A stretch of DNA of 63,216 nt, counting the filler, from Octopus bimaculoides (lineage: Eukaryota), in the NCBI RefSeq assembly GCF_001194135.2. It is 5 parts of 5 records of this genome, joined end to end, with 100 filler letters (N's around TTAATTAATTAA, not from the genome) between each part and the next. Parts side by side here need not be neighbours in the genome. Positions count along the whole stretch, not along the records: positions 1 to 14,613 come from NC_068996.1; positions 14,714 to 37,907 come from NC_068987.1; 3 more parts are not named here. One strand, 5' to 3'. The notes under the pieces were generated by a model that did no database searches, had not been told where the DNA came from, and worked only from the letters and a program-made list of their open reading frames with translations. Numbering within the stretch: the first letter of the stretch is position 1; each line of letters begins with the position of its first letter. Made by a program: the position numbers and the translations under genes. This document shows, piece by piece, positions 12,891 through 25,527 of this stretch.

Positions 12891-13263
12891 GTACACCTTG
12901 TCTCTCTCTCTCTGNNNNNNNNNNNNNNNNNNNNNNNNNNNNNNNNNNNNNNNNNNNNNNNNNNNNNNNNNNNNNNNNNNNNNNNNNNNNNNNNNNNNNN
13001 NNNNNNNNNNNNNNNNNNNNNNNNNNNNNNNNNNNNNNNNNNNNNNNNNNNNNNNNNNNNNNNNNNNNNNNNNNNNNNNNNNNNNNNNNNNNNNNNNNNN
13101 NNNNNNNNNNNNNNNNNNNNNNNNNNNNNNNNNNNNNNNNNNNNNNNNNNNNNNNNNNNNNNNNNNNNNNNNNNNNNNNNNNNNNNNNNNNNNNNNNNNN
13201 NNNNNNNNNNNNNNNNNNNNNNNNNNNNNNNNNNNNNNNNNNNNNNNNNNNNNNNNNNNNNNN

Positions 13264-13314
<51 letters not shown>

Positions 13315-13392
13315 AAATAGATAGATACGTAGGTAGGTAGGTAGGTAGGTAGGTAGGTAGACAGATGGATACATATATAGATAGATAGATAA

Positions 13393-13424
<32 letters not shown>

Positions 13425-13539
13425 ATATATATAGCTAAATATATAGATAGATAGGTAGGTAGGTAGATAGGTAGATAGATAGATAGATAGGTAGGTAGGT
13501 AGATAGGTAGGTAGATAGATAGATAGATAAATAGATAAC

Positions 13540-13570
<31 letters not shown>

Positions 13571-13613
13571 GGGGGGGAGAGATAGAGAGATAGATAGACG
13601 GATATGTAGGTAG

Positions 13614-13644
<31 letters not shown>

Positions 13645-13937
13645 GCAGTCGTTTGTCTTACGAATAATTGTTTCCAAATTCGTTCCATAGTTAGAACCTT
13701 GTATACAAAAACAAGCAGAATAAGCAATGTGAAATGTTCGTTACAGTGGACGACAATTGTTCTAAAGCCTGTTTTTAAGTGATCGATAATTAAAGAACAA
13801 ATAGTTCAGTAATGAACTACACACTTTGCTGTCACTATATCCATGAACTAATATGCCTATCGACAAGACTACCTCCATTTTACATTATTTACATTATTTA
13901 CAATTGACGGATGTTTGTCCTCATCTTCTTTCTTGTT

Positions 13938-13983
13938 AACACAACGTTTCGGCTGATATACTCTCCAGCCTTCATCAGGTGTC
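13938..13983 (-). ncRNA. Minimal hammerhead ribozyme variant (Penelope-terminal type)
   Basis: Minus strand reads GACAC-CTGATGA-A-GGCTG-GAGAGTATAT-CAGCC-GAAAC-GTT-GTGTT. Stem I is ACAC/GTGT, stem II is GGCTG/CAGCC, and stem III is a loopless palindromic ACGT. There is an extra A after the core. Confidence 0.6.
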
Positions 13984-14030
13984 TTGGGGAAATTTCGAAC
14001 GTGTATTCCCATTCCTAAGGTATTTTTCAA

Positions 14031-14100
<70 letters not shown>

Positions 14101-14164
14101 GTTCAGTAGTTTTATTTTTATAACGTGCTTTCACTTCGCTACCGAGCGCAGCTCTGTNNNNNNN

Positions 14165-14552
14165 NNNTTGCCTTAATTTCTCTATCTGTGTGTATTGGCA
14201 TATCCCAGAGTATGGCTGCTTTCTCGTTTTCTGTGACCTTTTCTGGCGTGTGTTTATACCATCTTTTTTCTGTTGTTATTCCATAGTGTTGGCATAGCTT
14301 CCAGTGTATATAGATAGGTCCCAGCTCTGTCGTGTCTGTAAATATATTCCTTCTTGGCCAGGACTGAGCAGCCAGAGATAATATGATTTATTGTTTCTTG
14401 TCCATCTCCACATATTCTACAGTTACTTGTTATGTTTCTTTTCACTATATGTTTTTGGTAATTTCTGGTGGGGAGGTTTTGGTCTTGTGCAGCAATTAAA
14501 AATCCTTCAGTCTCTGCTTTGAGTCCTGAGCTTCTGAACCATTGCTGGGATT
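14165..14552 (-). mobile_element. R4/Dong-clade LINE fragment (CCHC region)
   Basis: Reads QWFRSSGLKAETEGFLIAAQDQ...NCRICGDGQETINHIISGCSVLAKKEYIYRHD...ILWDMPIHTDREIKAN. Begins right after (AAT)n on the minus strand. Confidence 0.88.
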
Positions 14553-14561
14553 TTTTCTGTC

Positions 14562-14613
<52 letters not shown>

Positions 14614-15942
14614 NNNNNNNNNNNNNNNNNNNNNNNNNNNNNNNNNNNNNNNNNNNNTTAATTAATTAANNNNNNNNNNNNNNNNNNNNNNNNNNNNNNN
14701 NNNNNNNNNNNNNGGGGGAAAAAAAGAAAGAAAACGGCAAAGAAGGGACTGAAGATGTTGGAGGAAGGAGTGAAGGTCAGGCATGGTGAGAGGATGTGAA
14801 TGTCGGTGCGGGTGTTATTAGTGGCGAGACAAGGGAAGGACGAGAAGGTAGAAGGAGAACGAGATAAAGGTGAAACAAGTGGAAAAAAGTGGAAAAAAGT
14901 GGAAAAAAGTGGAAAAAAGTGTAAGAGTCACAGACAAATTTTGCTGATGTTCAATCAAGGTGCAGGAAAGGCAGATCCAACAGGAACAGTAATCCGAGGT
15001 AATAAAAGATTCCGGCAGTTGGGTACATCAAATCCAGTTGACAGGCCAGGGTCCGTGTGAGCATACATCATATAAGTTCAAAAAAAACAATAACAAAAAA
15101 ACAACATATATATATATATATATATATAGATTCGATTTTTCTTTCAGTTGTTGCATGTTTCTCTTGACTCTCTATGCATGCATGGAGATATAATTACAAA
15201 CAGGCATCATTTTATTATCGCAAATGTCAAGTAATTATAAAATGCAAATTTCTAAGCTAAATATGGCACAATCTTTTCGAAAATCAACTTCTCTGTAATG
15301 ATAATTCTCTCTATGTTCAAATGATAATTCGATAAAAACTCTTAATCATGAAACTATCTAAACCCCACTGGCTAGATAATCTAGAGCAGACCCAAGAAAC
15401 TGTTGTAGGAAATAGAATGTATTAAGGTAATTGCAAACAACAGGAAAAAACAGAATAGAGGAACTATGAGCTTCGAGGAAAATGTGTGAAGCAAGGAACA
15501 TCAGAAGCAAGGAACAGAACAAAATGCCAAAGGTTTAAGGAATTGGAAAATGAGCAGTGAATTGTAACCAACAAAGAGATGCACTTTAACAGTAACAATG
15601 CCTTTAAGTAGACCAAATAAAACATACTCAGCAAAGAATAACATGAGTCAACTCAAAACGATGAGACAAGGGAGTATTTAATTATCATTCTTTTTAGTGG
15701 CTATGAATCTAATGAGAGTGGCACCACTGATTTCATGTAAAATCTTTGCAAAAATGTGATAAAGAAGCAGCTAAAATGCATTGCTCAATGCTGGAAAATG
15801 CTGGCGAATTCCATTTGAGGATGGTTACCAGAGCCCCAAGACACTTAAGACTGGTAACAGACACAATTCTAAATTCTGGCTTGTAACTGTGCATATCCAA
15901 GTGCCATCGTTTGGAGTTAATATCATTCATTAAAAAAAGGTT

Positions 15943-16150
15943 GTGAGCTAGCAGAGTTGTTAACACACTGGACAAAATGCATAGTGGCATTTCTTCTCGC
16001 TTTCCATTCTGAGTTCAAATGCTACTAAAGTCAACTTTGCCTTTCATCCTTTTATCCTCAATAAAATAAATAAAAAGTTGAATACTGAGGTGGGTGTAAT
16101 CAAATTATTCCCTTCACTAAAACTGCTGGCTTTGTGCCAAAACTTGAAGT
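15943..16150 (+). mobile_element. tRNA-derived SINE, CpG-decayed copy (family of 31735, 39012, 42934, 43260, 48112)
   Basis: gagctagcaga...ttctgagttcaaat...actttgcctttcatcc...tgtgccaaaa. Confidence 0.75.
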
Positions 16151-16510
16151 TAATATCATTCATGAAAGTAACTTCGCACTCTTTTTCACAGTCACAAGGA
16201 CATGCAGACTACATAATTGATTCCTTGCTTTCTATTTCTGCAGAAGAGCACCAATTTTTTCCCTGCATTGTCAGCTGTTTGAACAAGTACATTGAATAAA
16301 GATGTAGGAACTATCAAGAGTTGATGTAAGATTAATTCTCAAACTGATCTTCTATGCTGAACAGCCATGTAAACAGGTTTTAAAATTGCTCCTGAAACAA
16401 CTCCCTTCTTATGCTTCAAACTGATGATTGAAGCCGACAAACATTCCTGAGAGTATTAATACTCTTGAATACAATGAAGTGGCTGAGATTCTTACTGAAT
16501 AACAATATGA

Positions 16511-16546
<36 letters not shown>

Positions 16547-16554
16547 TATCACAA

Positions 16555-16774
16555 CCCTTTAGCATTCAGATTAACCTGTCAAATGTAACACTCGTTTATT
16601 TACATTGCACGGAATTAATCATGCATGATCTCATGGCTTTGAAATTCTGATGATGTGATTGATTATTTTTAGAATGACACTGTAGGTTATATGTGAGAGG
16701 CCAGATCTGGCTGGTTTGAATATAAAACAGGTAGAATATTTGATATAGGCATGGCCAGTTTAAATGCTAAAGGG
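16555..16774. mobile_element. piggyBac-like MITE
   Basis: TIRs CCCTTTAGCATT / AATGCTAAAGGG; TTAA on the right flank, degenerate acaa on the left. Confidence 0.65.
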
Positions 16775-17282
16775 TTAAAGAAGAGGTACAATACACTTCA
16801 AAGAATTAAGAAATACAGAGTATATGTTGGCCTTCAGTATCTTCTCATATGCATCATTGAAAAAGACAGACACAACTTCAGTGGTTCTCAGATAAAAGAA
16901 AGTAAGATCAGTAAGGGTTTTCTATGTATATCAATTCAGAATCTAACCAACACAATTTAATATATATATATAAAGATGTAATAATTAAGTGAAACTTGAT
17001 AGTAATATTTGGAAATCAGTTAATACCTGTTTTAGGTCATGTTTTAACTGAGGAAGGTCTTACATAATGGATGCATTTCTTACTATATATTATGCAGACC
17101 TGAAACACACCTATAAAATAATTTCAAAATATCACTATTTGGTTTGACTTCATTTTTACAACTATCCAGTCTAGACATCTGTTATGTGGATACTCTAACA
17201 ATGATTTGGAGTAGTTTGTTATATTTGACTTCAGTTGAAAATTCTGGTACTGTGCACTGCTTCTTAGCATAAGATGAAATAT

Positions 17283-17635
17283 ATTTCTTTATTTGCTTCA
17301 GTCATTTGACTGCAGCCATGCTGGAGCACCAGCTTGAAGGATTTGAGTCGGACAAATTGACCCCAGGACTTTTTTTAAGCCTAGTACTTATTCTCTCAGT
17401 TTCTTTTGACAAACTGCTAAGTTACAGGGATTTAAACACACCAACAACAGTTGTCAAGCGGTGATGGGGGGACAAATACAGACACAAATACATATAGATA
17501 CCAAATTCACTCACAAGGCTTTGGTCAGTCTGAGTCCATAGTCGATGACATTTACCCTAGGTGCCATGCAGTGAGACTGAACCCCAAACCATATAGGTGG
17601 GAAGCAAGCTACTTATCACACAGCCACACCTGTGC
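17283..17635 (-). mobile_element. tRNA-derived SINE (family of 40895-41440)
   Basis: Reverse complement shares ggctgtgtg...gtgagtgaatttgg...catggctgcagtcaaatgactgaa with the 40.9 kb copy. Confidence 0.75.
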
Positions 17636-18009
17636 CTATATTATATATATAATTTTTACAAGAAAACATTTGTCCTTGAAAATTTTAGCAAACATGTATA
17701 TATTCCACTAAAAAGTATTGAATAATTCTTTAATTTAGTTTCAAATTTCTGATAGATATAACTTGACATAGAAACGTACATACATTTATGAATATGCACA
17801 CACATCTGATATTAAAGCTGCACCAATAATAACATTATCGATTGTAATAAACATGAACAGCAGAATAAAACATTAAATAGATTAATCTTTTCACTATTTG
17901 TCTACTTGTAAAATTTTTACAAATTCTGTAAAGAAACTACTATATAAGCAGGTGAATAAAAACAACTGAATGTGTACATATATATTCATACCAAAAACAT
18001 ACACATATA

Positions 18010-19272
18010 CAGGAATTGGACAAAATAATAGAAACACTTCGCATCCATAGCATCATAATTTTGAAATATTTATAAAACCGTCAAAAGCTTGTTTATTTTT
18101 ATGTTTTTTGATTTAATATTAGTGTTGCTTAATATGTTTTCTTAAAATTGCTGTTTCTTTTCAGATATCATCAGAAAAAGGTAATTAAAATTCATTAAAA
18201 TGACAGATCTATCAGACTTTCAAAGAGGTCAAATTGTTGGTGCTCGTATGGCAGGCACTAGCATAATGAAAACAGCCGAAATGTTTGGTGTATCAAGAAG
18301 TACTGTCTCGAAAGTAATGACAGCCTTTGAGAATGAGGGAAAAACCTCCTCATCGAAACAAAACTCTGGAAGAAAACCAAAACTTTCAGATCGGGACTGT
18401 CGGACTCTTACGCGAATTGTTAGAAAGGATCACAAAAGTACAGCTCCCAAAATTACTGCAGAGCTTAATGACCACCTTGAAAACCCAGTTTTTGCAAAAA
18501 CTGTTCACCACAAGCTGCACAAAGCTGGACTTCATGGGAAAGATGCATTCAGAAAACCACTACTTTAAAAAACAAACGTTGCAAAGCATTTAGAGTGGAG
18601 TAAAAACCTACAGAATTGGTCCCTAGAGCAGTGGAAGAATGCTATTTTCTCAGATGATTCATCCTTTACCTTATTTCTGACCACCAGATGAGTATATGTG
18701 TGGAGACATCCAAAAGAAGCATTTGACCCAGACTGTCTTCTTCTAACTGTTAAGCATGGAGGAGGATCTGTGATGATCTGGGTGGTGGTGGTGGTGGGGG
18801 GGCTATATCTTGGAAATCGCCAGCCCAATGGTTTTCCTTCATGACAGAATTAATAGTCAAGACTATTTAAGCATTTTATCAGATCAAATTCATCCTATGG
18901 TTGTGGAACTGTTTCTGGAGGTAAATGCAATCTTTCAGGATGATAATGCACCAATTCACACAGCTAAAGTTGTTACTGAATGGCACGAGGAACATCTTAT
19001 CTGGCCACCACAGTCCCCAGATCTCAATATTATTGAACATTTATGGTGCATTTTAGAAAAACAAGTAAGGAGTCAATATCCTCCACCATCATCACTACAA
19101 GAACTGGAGACAGTTTTAGCTGAAGAATGGATAAAAATTCCTTTGGAAACAATTCAAACGTCCATACCTCATAGAATTCAAGCTGTAATTACTGCCAAAG
19201 GCAGTCCTACCCTGTATTAAAATTAATTTTTTTGAAATTTTAAGGTGTTTCCATTATTTTGTCCAACCCCTG
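18010..19272 (+). mobile_element. Tc1-family DNA transposon, near full length, transposase disrupted
   Basis: 28-bp imperfect TIRs (CAGGAATTGGACAAAATAATAGAAACAC / GTGTTTCCATTATTTTGTCCAACCCCTG), TA on both flanks. Transposase 18200-19220 has an HTH (LSDFQRGQIVG), GRKPKL, FSDD, FQDDNAPIH and SPDLNIIEHLW, with frameshifts and a stop. D-to-E spacing reads about 30 rather than 34, implying a small deletion. Confidence 0.95.
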
Positions 19273-19774
19273 TATATGTGTGTGTGTGTTTGTGTGTGTA
19301 TTGATATTTGTTTATAGTTTTATGCTTATCTGTATATGTGTATTTTACATTTAAAATATTTGATATTCAATGTGACTTTGCCACTTCTACACAAAAATAG
19401 GTGTTATTTAAAAGTATTCAAATACATAAATCCCAATACTTTAAGAGTATTTTACTTTATCAACATGGAAAAGCAACATTAACTTCAGCAGGATTTGAAC
19501 TCAGAATGTAATGAGAGCATATAGTTTGCAATCTCCTTGTCTTGACATTTGTGTGCTAACTGAAAATAAAGTGACCATACAATGTTATTTGCTTTACAAT
19601 CTGCTGTAGAAACATGTCTGGCTATTGAGATATTTATTGTTCAAAAGAAGGATTGGAAGAAATATCAACAAGCTTGATAACAGGTAGGAGTTGGTGACAT
19701 AAAAAATTTGCCTCAATAAATTTTATTTGATTCATGCAAGCATGGAAAATGTTGAAATGATGTTGATGATGATA

Positions 19775-20180
19775 GTGATGAATGTATGGGTGTGTTATTG
19801 AGAAGCTTCCTTCCCAACAATGTGGTTTTAGATCAAATCCCACTGCACAAATGTTTTCACCTCTGGACTTTGGTTGAGCAAAGCCTTGTGAGTGGATTTG
19901 GTAGACAGAAACTAAAAGTTTTGTATGTGTGTGTGTGTGTGATTGTGCCTATCATTGTCTTGACATCACGTATAAGTTGTTGGAAACAGGTGTCATGCAA
20001 GCAATGATGTTTCTTTCTAGCCTTCTGTGAAAAAAATGTCTGGCAATGGGGAAATATTACCTTGCATGGAAACAGGAGAGAGTCGGCAACAGGAAGAGCA
20101 TTGGGACATAGAAAATTTTACGCAACACAGTCCATCTGACACATGTAAGAATGGAAAAGTGAATGATAACGATTGATGCT
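19775..20180 (+). mobile_element. tRNA-derived SINE, decayed
   Basis: Contains aaagccttgtgagtggatttggtagacagaaact followed by a (GT)n-rich middle and 3' body. Confidence 0.6.
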
Positions 20181-20184
20181 ATTT

Positions 20185-22545
20185 ATACAAACATACAGGA
20201 AATATAAGCAATGAGTAAGATAGACTTCATTTTCACTAGGAAAACTGAATAGAGAAGGTGGTTGTAAATACTAAGTCTTACCTTAGCAAAGAATGTACAA
20301 GCTAACATAGACTGGTGTTTACTGATTTCAGAATATGAGCAAAATAGACCGAGAGATGAAAAATATTTTGGAAAAGGAAGGTGTAGAAACTGAAATATGT
20401 TTCTGTTAGAGGTATGTCCAGAGTGATTCTAGATGATGTGTTTGTAAACAAAGCAGACACAGAAACCTATAACATAGGACAAACAGGAGATTCAACATCA
20501 TAACCTGTTGAAAGCTGCAGTTGAATTCTGTGATTGAAGCAAGAAAACAGTTAAACATAAGGCAACATCTTGGTTGAATACTACTGTAGAGAGAATAAAG
20601 GCTAAATGATAAGTAGGGAAAGACTTGAAGAAAGGGGACAACAAATTATTCTGTCCTGAGGTTAAGGGAGAAGCTAGGTGGCAAGTGTAGACAATTGAAA
20701 GATATGTGGAATGGAGGAGGTTTGCCAGTGTTCTGTGATGAGAGAGTCAGAGGTGTGTGCTGTTCTGGACAGCAAAGTAGAATGTCAGATAAATCATAAG
20801 ATTGCTGAAGAAAAGTGTACTTGAAATGATAGTGGTACACTTACCCTTTCTAATTATGAGAAGAAAGAAGTTTGGAAATGTTATAAGAAGATGATGCTGA
20901 CTGCAGAAATATGTGGGAAGAACAGAATAAACCCTGTGTATATCCAGCAGTGTGACTATACATAACTGTGAACAGTTTTATAGTCAAATGGTGATAAAGG
21001 ATAAGACAGGGAAAGCAGTAGATCCTTTAGTTATAGTTACTGAGATGTTAAAAAAGTTTAGTTACTTACATAATCAGTCAAGTACTACAAGGAAATGTCA
21101 TACTCAGTGACTGATGTAACAATATAATTGTTCCCTGTCACTAGGGCAAAGGATGTCCTTTACAAAGCAGAGGCATGAAACTAATGAACCAAGTTATGAG
21201 AGAAACAGAAAAAGTAATAGCATAATTAATTAGGAAGTATAAATCAGCTTAGCTGAGATACTGTTCAGATTTGTGCCAAAGTACAGTGCTGTCAGTGATT
21301 TTTGTTTGTTATTTTTCTTTCATAATGAGACAATTACAAGAAAAGCTTTTAGTTCACAATGTTGCATTTTTTTACCTGATGAAAGCTTTTGACAGGGTGC
21401 CATAATCTGTAGTCTGAGGATATTTAAGAAAATTTGGTATAGTTGAATGGCTTGTGATAATGGTGATTACAATCTACAGAGATGCAGCCAGTAACATGAG
21501 AGTTGGCAATAAAAACAGCAAGAAATTTAGTGTGTAGTCAGTATTCTTGAAGTTCTGGTACTCAGTACTTTCGATTTATTACAACTCTCCAAGGAATATA
21601 CCACCTATTGTTAATGGAAGTTTAATCTCTTATATGCTGATGACTGACCTCGTCCTTGTAGCAGAATCTGTTGGAGACCCAAGGATAATCCAAATGTAGA
21701 AGCAAAACCTGGAACTAAGAAGCCTCAGAGTAATCTTGACAAAAAACAAAAAAGAAAAAACACCTTGTTGGGAACATCATACAGCATGAACAACAGGTGC
21801 ATAAGGAGTGTACTGGGATTACCGGTAGGCTGATGTTAATCACTTTGTAAGCAACAGAGGCACAGGAGTAATTAGCAGTCAGAGTACTAGTAAAATAAAT
21901 GCTTTTCAATGTTTGAATGTCTCCAGAGAAGTAGTTGATAGCTTGTGTTACCTGGTTACCTAGGCAACCTAATCAGCTGTGGAGGAGGGTTTTCTAAAAG
22001 CATAGCAACCAGAATATGAATTAGGTGAAAAAAATTCAAGGGGCTGTTATCCCTACTGACAAGGGGACTCTCTCTTTGAGTGAAGAGTAGACTGTTTGTT
22101 ACTTGTGTACAAACTGTAATGGTGCATGGCAGTGAGAGATGGCACTGAACCCAGACGATATGCAAAGGTTGAGAGAAATAAAGCAAGCGTTTTCCATTAG
22201 TTGTATAATGTTATTTTCAAAATTATGCATGACCAATGAGTTGAAATATAAACTGGGTATAAGAGCTTTCAGATGAAGTAGAAGAAAAGAAAGAGACAAC
22301 TATATTGCTATGGACATAAGGATGGTGATAGATGGGTAAATGTGCCAAGAGAGCTGCTTGGAAAGGATCTTTGCAAGAAGTTGTAGATGGAAGTGATAGA
22401 AGCTGATTTCAAGATGTTGAACCTCAGAAAGGAGATTGCAAAGGAGTGCAACAAATAGTGAAACATGGTGAGGGAAAAATCTCCTTCAACCCATACAAGC
22501 CTGAAGAAGCAATTGTAATAATGCTCATGAGGATAATGAAGATTA
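20185..22545 (+). mobile_element. RTE-clade LINE, heavily decayed (end of APE through RT and C-terminus)
   Basis: Degenerate motifs IDFIFTRK, DLMKAFDRVP, LYADD and CYLGNLIS; RTE-like 3' segment. Confidence 0.75.
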
Positions 22546-22616
22546 CACACACACATATATATATGTACACACACACAGAGGGAGAGAGGGAAAACTGATG
22601 TATAAACATTAAATAC

Positions 22617-22801
22617 TATATGCCAACTGAATGTGGCAGTCCTATAAAAGATGATGTTACATTTGTTTTAGCCTCAGGAAAACATCTTTTCCAGCTATCT
22701 ATCGACACACAATTTGAAGTCAACTGAAAAAGATGTTTTCCTGGGGCTAAAATAACAGTAACATCGTCCTTTATAGGACTTCCACAGTCTGTTGGCATAT
22801 A
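22617..22801. repeat. 80-bp inverted repeat with 25-nt spacer
   Basis: 22617-22696 vs the reverse complement of 22722-22801: 11 differences in 80 nt. Confidence 0.9.
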
Positions 22802-23333
22802 AACTTTACTATTCAGTACTGTTACTGTATATCTCTTGCTCAGAGATTTAAAACAAATTGTTTTTCTCTTGACATCTTTATTTGTTCTAGAAAATACTTT
22901 ATTACATTTGATACAAACCAATTTGAGATACAAACTTCCTGTTTTAAAGTGATCTGAATGAAAAGCTCCCATCAAATTTCATGTCATGTACCAACATAGT
23001 AATAATAATTATTATACTAAATTCTTTAATTGAAGCAAAGGCAGTATAATTTTGCAGACATGTAATTACAAACGGGTTAAGTAAGCTGAGAAATAATCCT
23101 CTCTCAAACAATTTTAGTTATTCTGAGGTAGTAACTGACTGTTCATACCTTATAAGTCACCAATACTGGCTAATGAAAAAGCTCTCCATTCTATGATTCC
23201 CCTTCCTCCATGCTTTACAGTTGTCAAAATGCTCCCTACATGGAATCTCTCACTAAATCCCTGAAGGAAATGTCTGGAACATCACTTGCCATTATCATTT
23301 AACATCCATCTTCCATGCTGGAATGAATTAGAC

Positions 23334-23577
23334 CAGTAGATCTCAGATGGGGTCCATACAATCCTTAGGGGTCCATGTATGATTTTATGTACAATAAATT
23401 GTATACACTTTTGCAATGCGCAAAATATTTTAATTTTGTTTTATATGGTTTCTAATAATAATTAATTATAAAAATACTGTAGGATTTTTTAAATATATAC
23501 TGAATGGCTATGGCGGTCCAATAGAGTAAGATTGGAATCAAAGGGGTCTAGAGGTAAAAAATGATTGAGAACCACCG
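23334..23577. mobile_element. hAT-like MITE inserted into an older repeat
   Basis: Termini CAGTAGATCTCA / TTGAGAACCACCG. Candidate 8-bp TSD aattagac / ggttagat differs only by transitions. Confidence 0.6.
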
Positions 23578-23829
23578 GGTTAGATGATTTGATTGGATCC
23601 AACAAGCAGAAGAATACCATCAAGTCCCATGTCTACTTTGGCATGGTTTCTACAGCTGAATGACCTTCCTAATGCCTATCACTTTACAGAATATACTGGG
23701 TGCTTTTTGCTTTATGACATCAACATGAGTTAACTTACAAGGAATACAAAAGAAGCCCTCTCAAATGGGTGGGATTGTAGCTGGGGAAGCAGTTGCTTTA
23801 TGCTGAAGTATGACAGAGGAATAGTCACT

Positions 23830-23945
23830 GATGTCTCGCTATAGAAGAGATACATGGTGACCTTACATGGTGACCTTACATGTCGCTATAGAAGAGATAC
23901 ATGGCGTGTCTCGCTATAGAAGAGATACATGGCGACCTTACACAC
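23830..23945. repeat. Complex short tandem repeat
   Basis: tcgctatagaagagatacatgg occurs three times, interleaved with gaccttaca(tgg) units. Confidence 0.85.
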
Positions 23946-24139
23946 CTATATAAATAGGTATGTTTAGGAGTAACTGAAAAGGAGATAGAGATGCAGGTGA
24001 TGATTTCAGATCATACTTTCATGATAGAAGTTGAGTATAAAAGAAAATACAGACAGAGTATGAGGAATTGTGGGTTCATAAGAGCGTTGTGGAGAGGGGT
24101 GATGTACAAGGGTGGAGGTGTGGTCAATCTTTCCTCTTT

Positions 24140-24380
24140 TGTTTGTTTCATTCATTTGACTGTGGCCATGCTGGGACACTACTTTGAAAGGAACAAGCAC
24201 AAAGACCCACACATACATATGATAGGCTTCTTTCAGTTACCATCTACCAAATTCACTCAAACAGCTTTGGTTCGCCCGAGACTATAGTAGAAGACACTTG
24301 CCAAAGTACCGCACAGTGGAACTGAACCCAGAACCATGTGCTTGAGAAGCAAGCTTCTTACTACACAGCTAAACTTGTGC
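24140..24380 (-). mobile_element. tRNA-derived SINE (family of 40895-41440)
   Basis: Contains tcatttgactgtggccatgctgg...accaaattcactca...actgaacccagaaccatgtg. Confidence 0.7.
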
Positions 24381-25094
24381 CTATAGGGACAATGGTAAAA
24401 GAAATACCTCAAGTAGGAGCTCATCACTAAAAAACTAAAATCTTGATTCATCACTCAAGAAGAATTTCTAAAACCATTCTCAATCAGTCACCATAAGGGA
24501 CCACTTCCAACTTGTGCAGTATGCCCTTAATGTTTTCCTTGATTAAAAGAGGCCTCTGATACATCTTTTAGCAGCAAAACCAGGAAATTTCAAACCTCTT
24601 TGTGGAGAAACTGTAGTGATTCCTAAAAGGACACACATTGATATGTATGTATGTGTATATCATGCAGGTGTGTGTGGGTGTGTGTGTGCGTGTGTGTTCG
24701 CGTGTGTGCATATGTGTGTGTGTGTTCGCGTGTGTGCATATGTGTGTGCATGTGTGCATTATATGTGTGAGTGCATGTTTATGTGTGTGTGCATACATGT
24801 AGATGTGGATGTGTTTGTACATGTGTGTACATTGTGTGAGTGCATGCATGTGTGAGCGCATTTATATAAGTGTGCATGCAGGTGTATGTGCATGTATACA
24901 CATATATTTGTGTGTAATGAAATTACATGTGTAATATATATATATATATATTATATGTATATATATATATATATATTGTATATGCAGATTGATTGTTAAA
25001 TAGATTCAGAGAGAGGTAAATAGATGTACATATATGTATGTTTGCAGCTATGATACAAATGGTTGAATGATTGTTATATATATTTATAAATAAA

Positions 25095-25347
25095 AATAAA
25101 TAAATGCGCCCTTTTAAAGCCTAGTCAGGCTCATGGGCCTGGTTTCCCGGTTTCTATGGCGTATGTGTTCCCCAGCTGGACGGGATGCCAGTCCATTGCA
25201 GTGTTACTCATTTTTGCCAGCTGAGTGGACTGGAGCAACCTGAAATGAAGTGTTTTGCTTCAGAACACAACACGTCACCCGGTCCAGGAATCAAAACCAC
25301 AGTCTTTTGATCATGATGCTGATACCCTAAACACTAAGCCACGTGCA
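25095..25347 (-). mobile_element. tRNA-derived SINE
   Basis: Minus-strand head tggcttagtgtttagg...ggttttgattcc; central ccactcagctggcaaaaatgag segment shared with the 59.8-60.1 kb copy. Confidence 0.7.
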
Positions 25348-25496
25348 TACTTTTAAATCACAGTATTAATTTACCAGAAAATGTTACAATATAATTTACC
25401 AAGCACTGAAAGACTTACATGTCAATATAACTTTAGTAGAAGTTCTTTTGTCACAATATTGTAAGTAAAATTGCCTTCTCTCTTTCTCTCTCTTTC

Positions 25497-25527
<31 letters not shown>

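Noticed and set aside
15733-16900. Short ORFs and splice-like sites at 15.7-16.0, 16.2-16.4, 16.8-16.9 and 17.08 kb
   Set aside because: Signals occur on both strands, stops interrupt most frames and no consistent exon chain emerges.
23830-23945. CRISPR-like array
   Set aside because: Eukaryotic context, no unique spacers of regular length and no cas genes.
25354-25365. TAAATCACAGTA, close to the Gfi1 binding consensus
   Set aside because: A single imperfect AT-rich match 37 kb from the gene is expected by chance.
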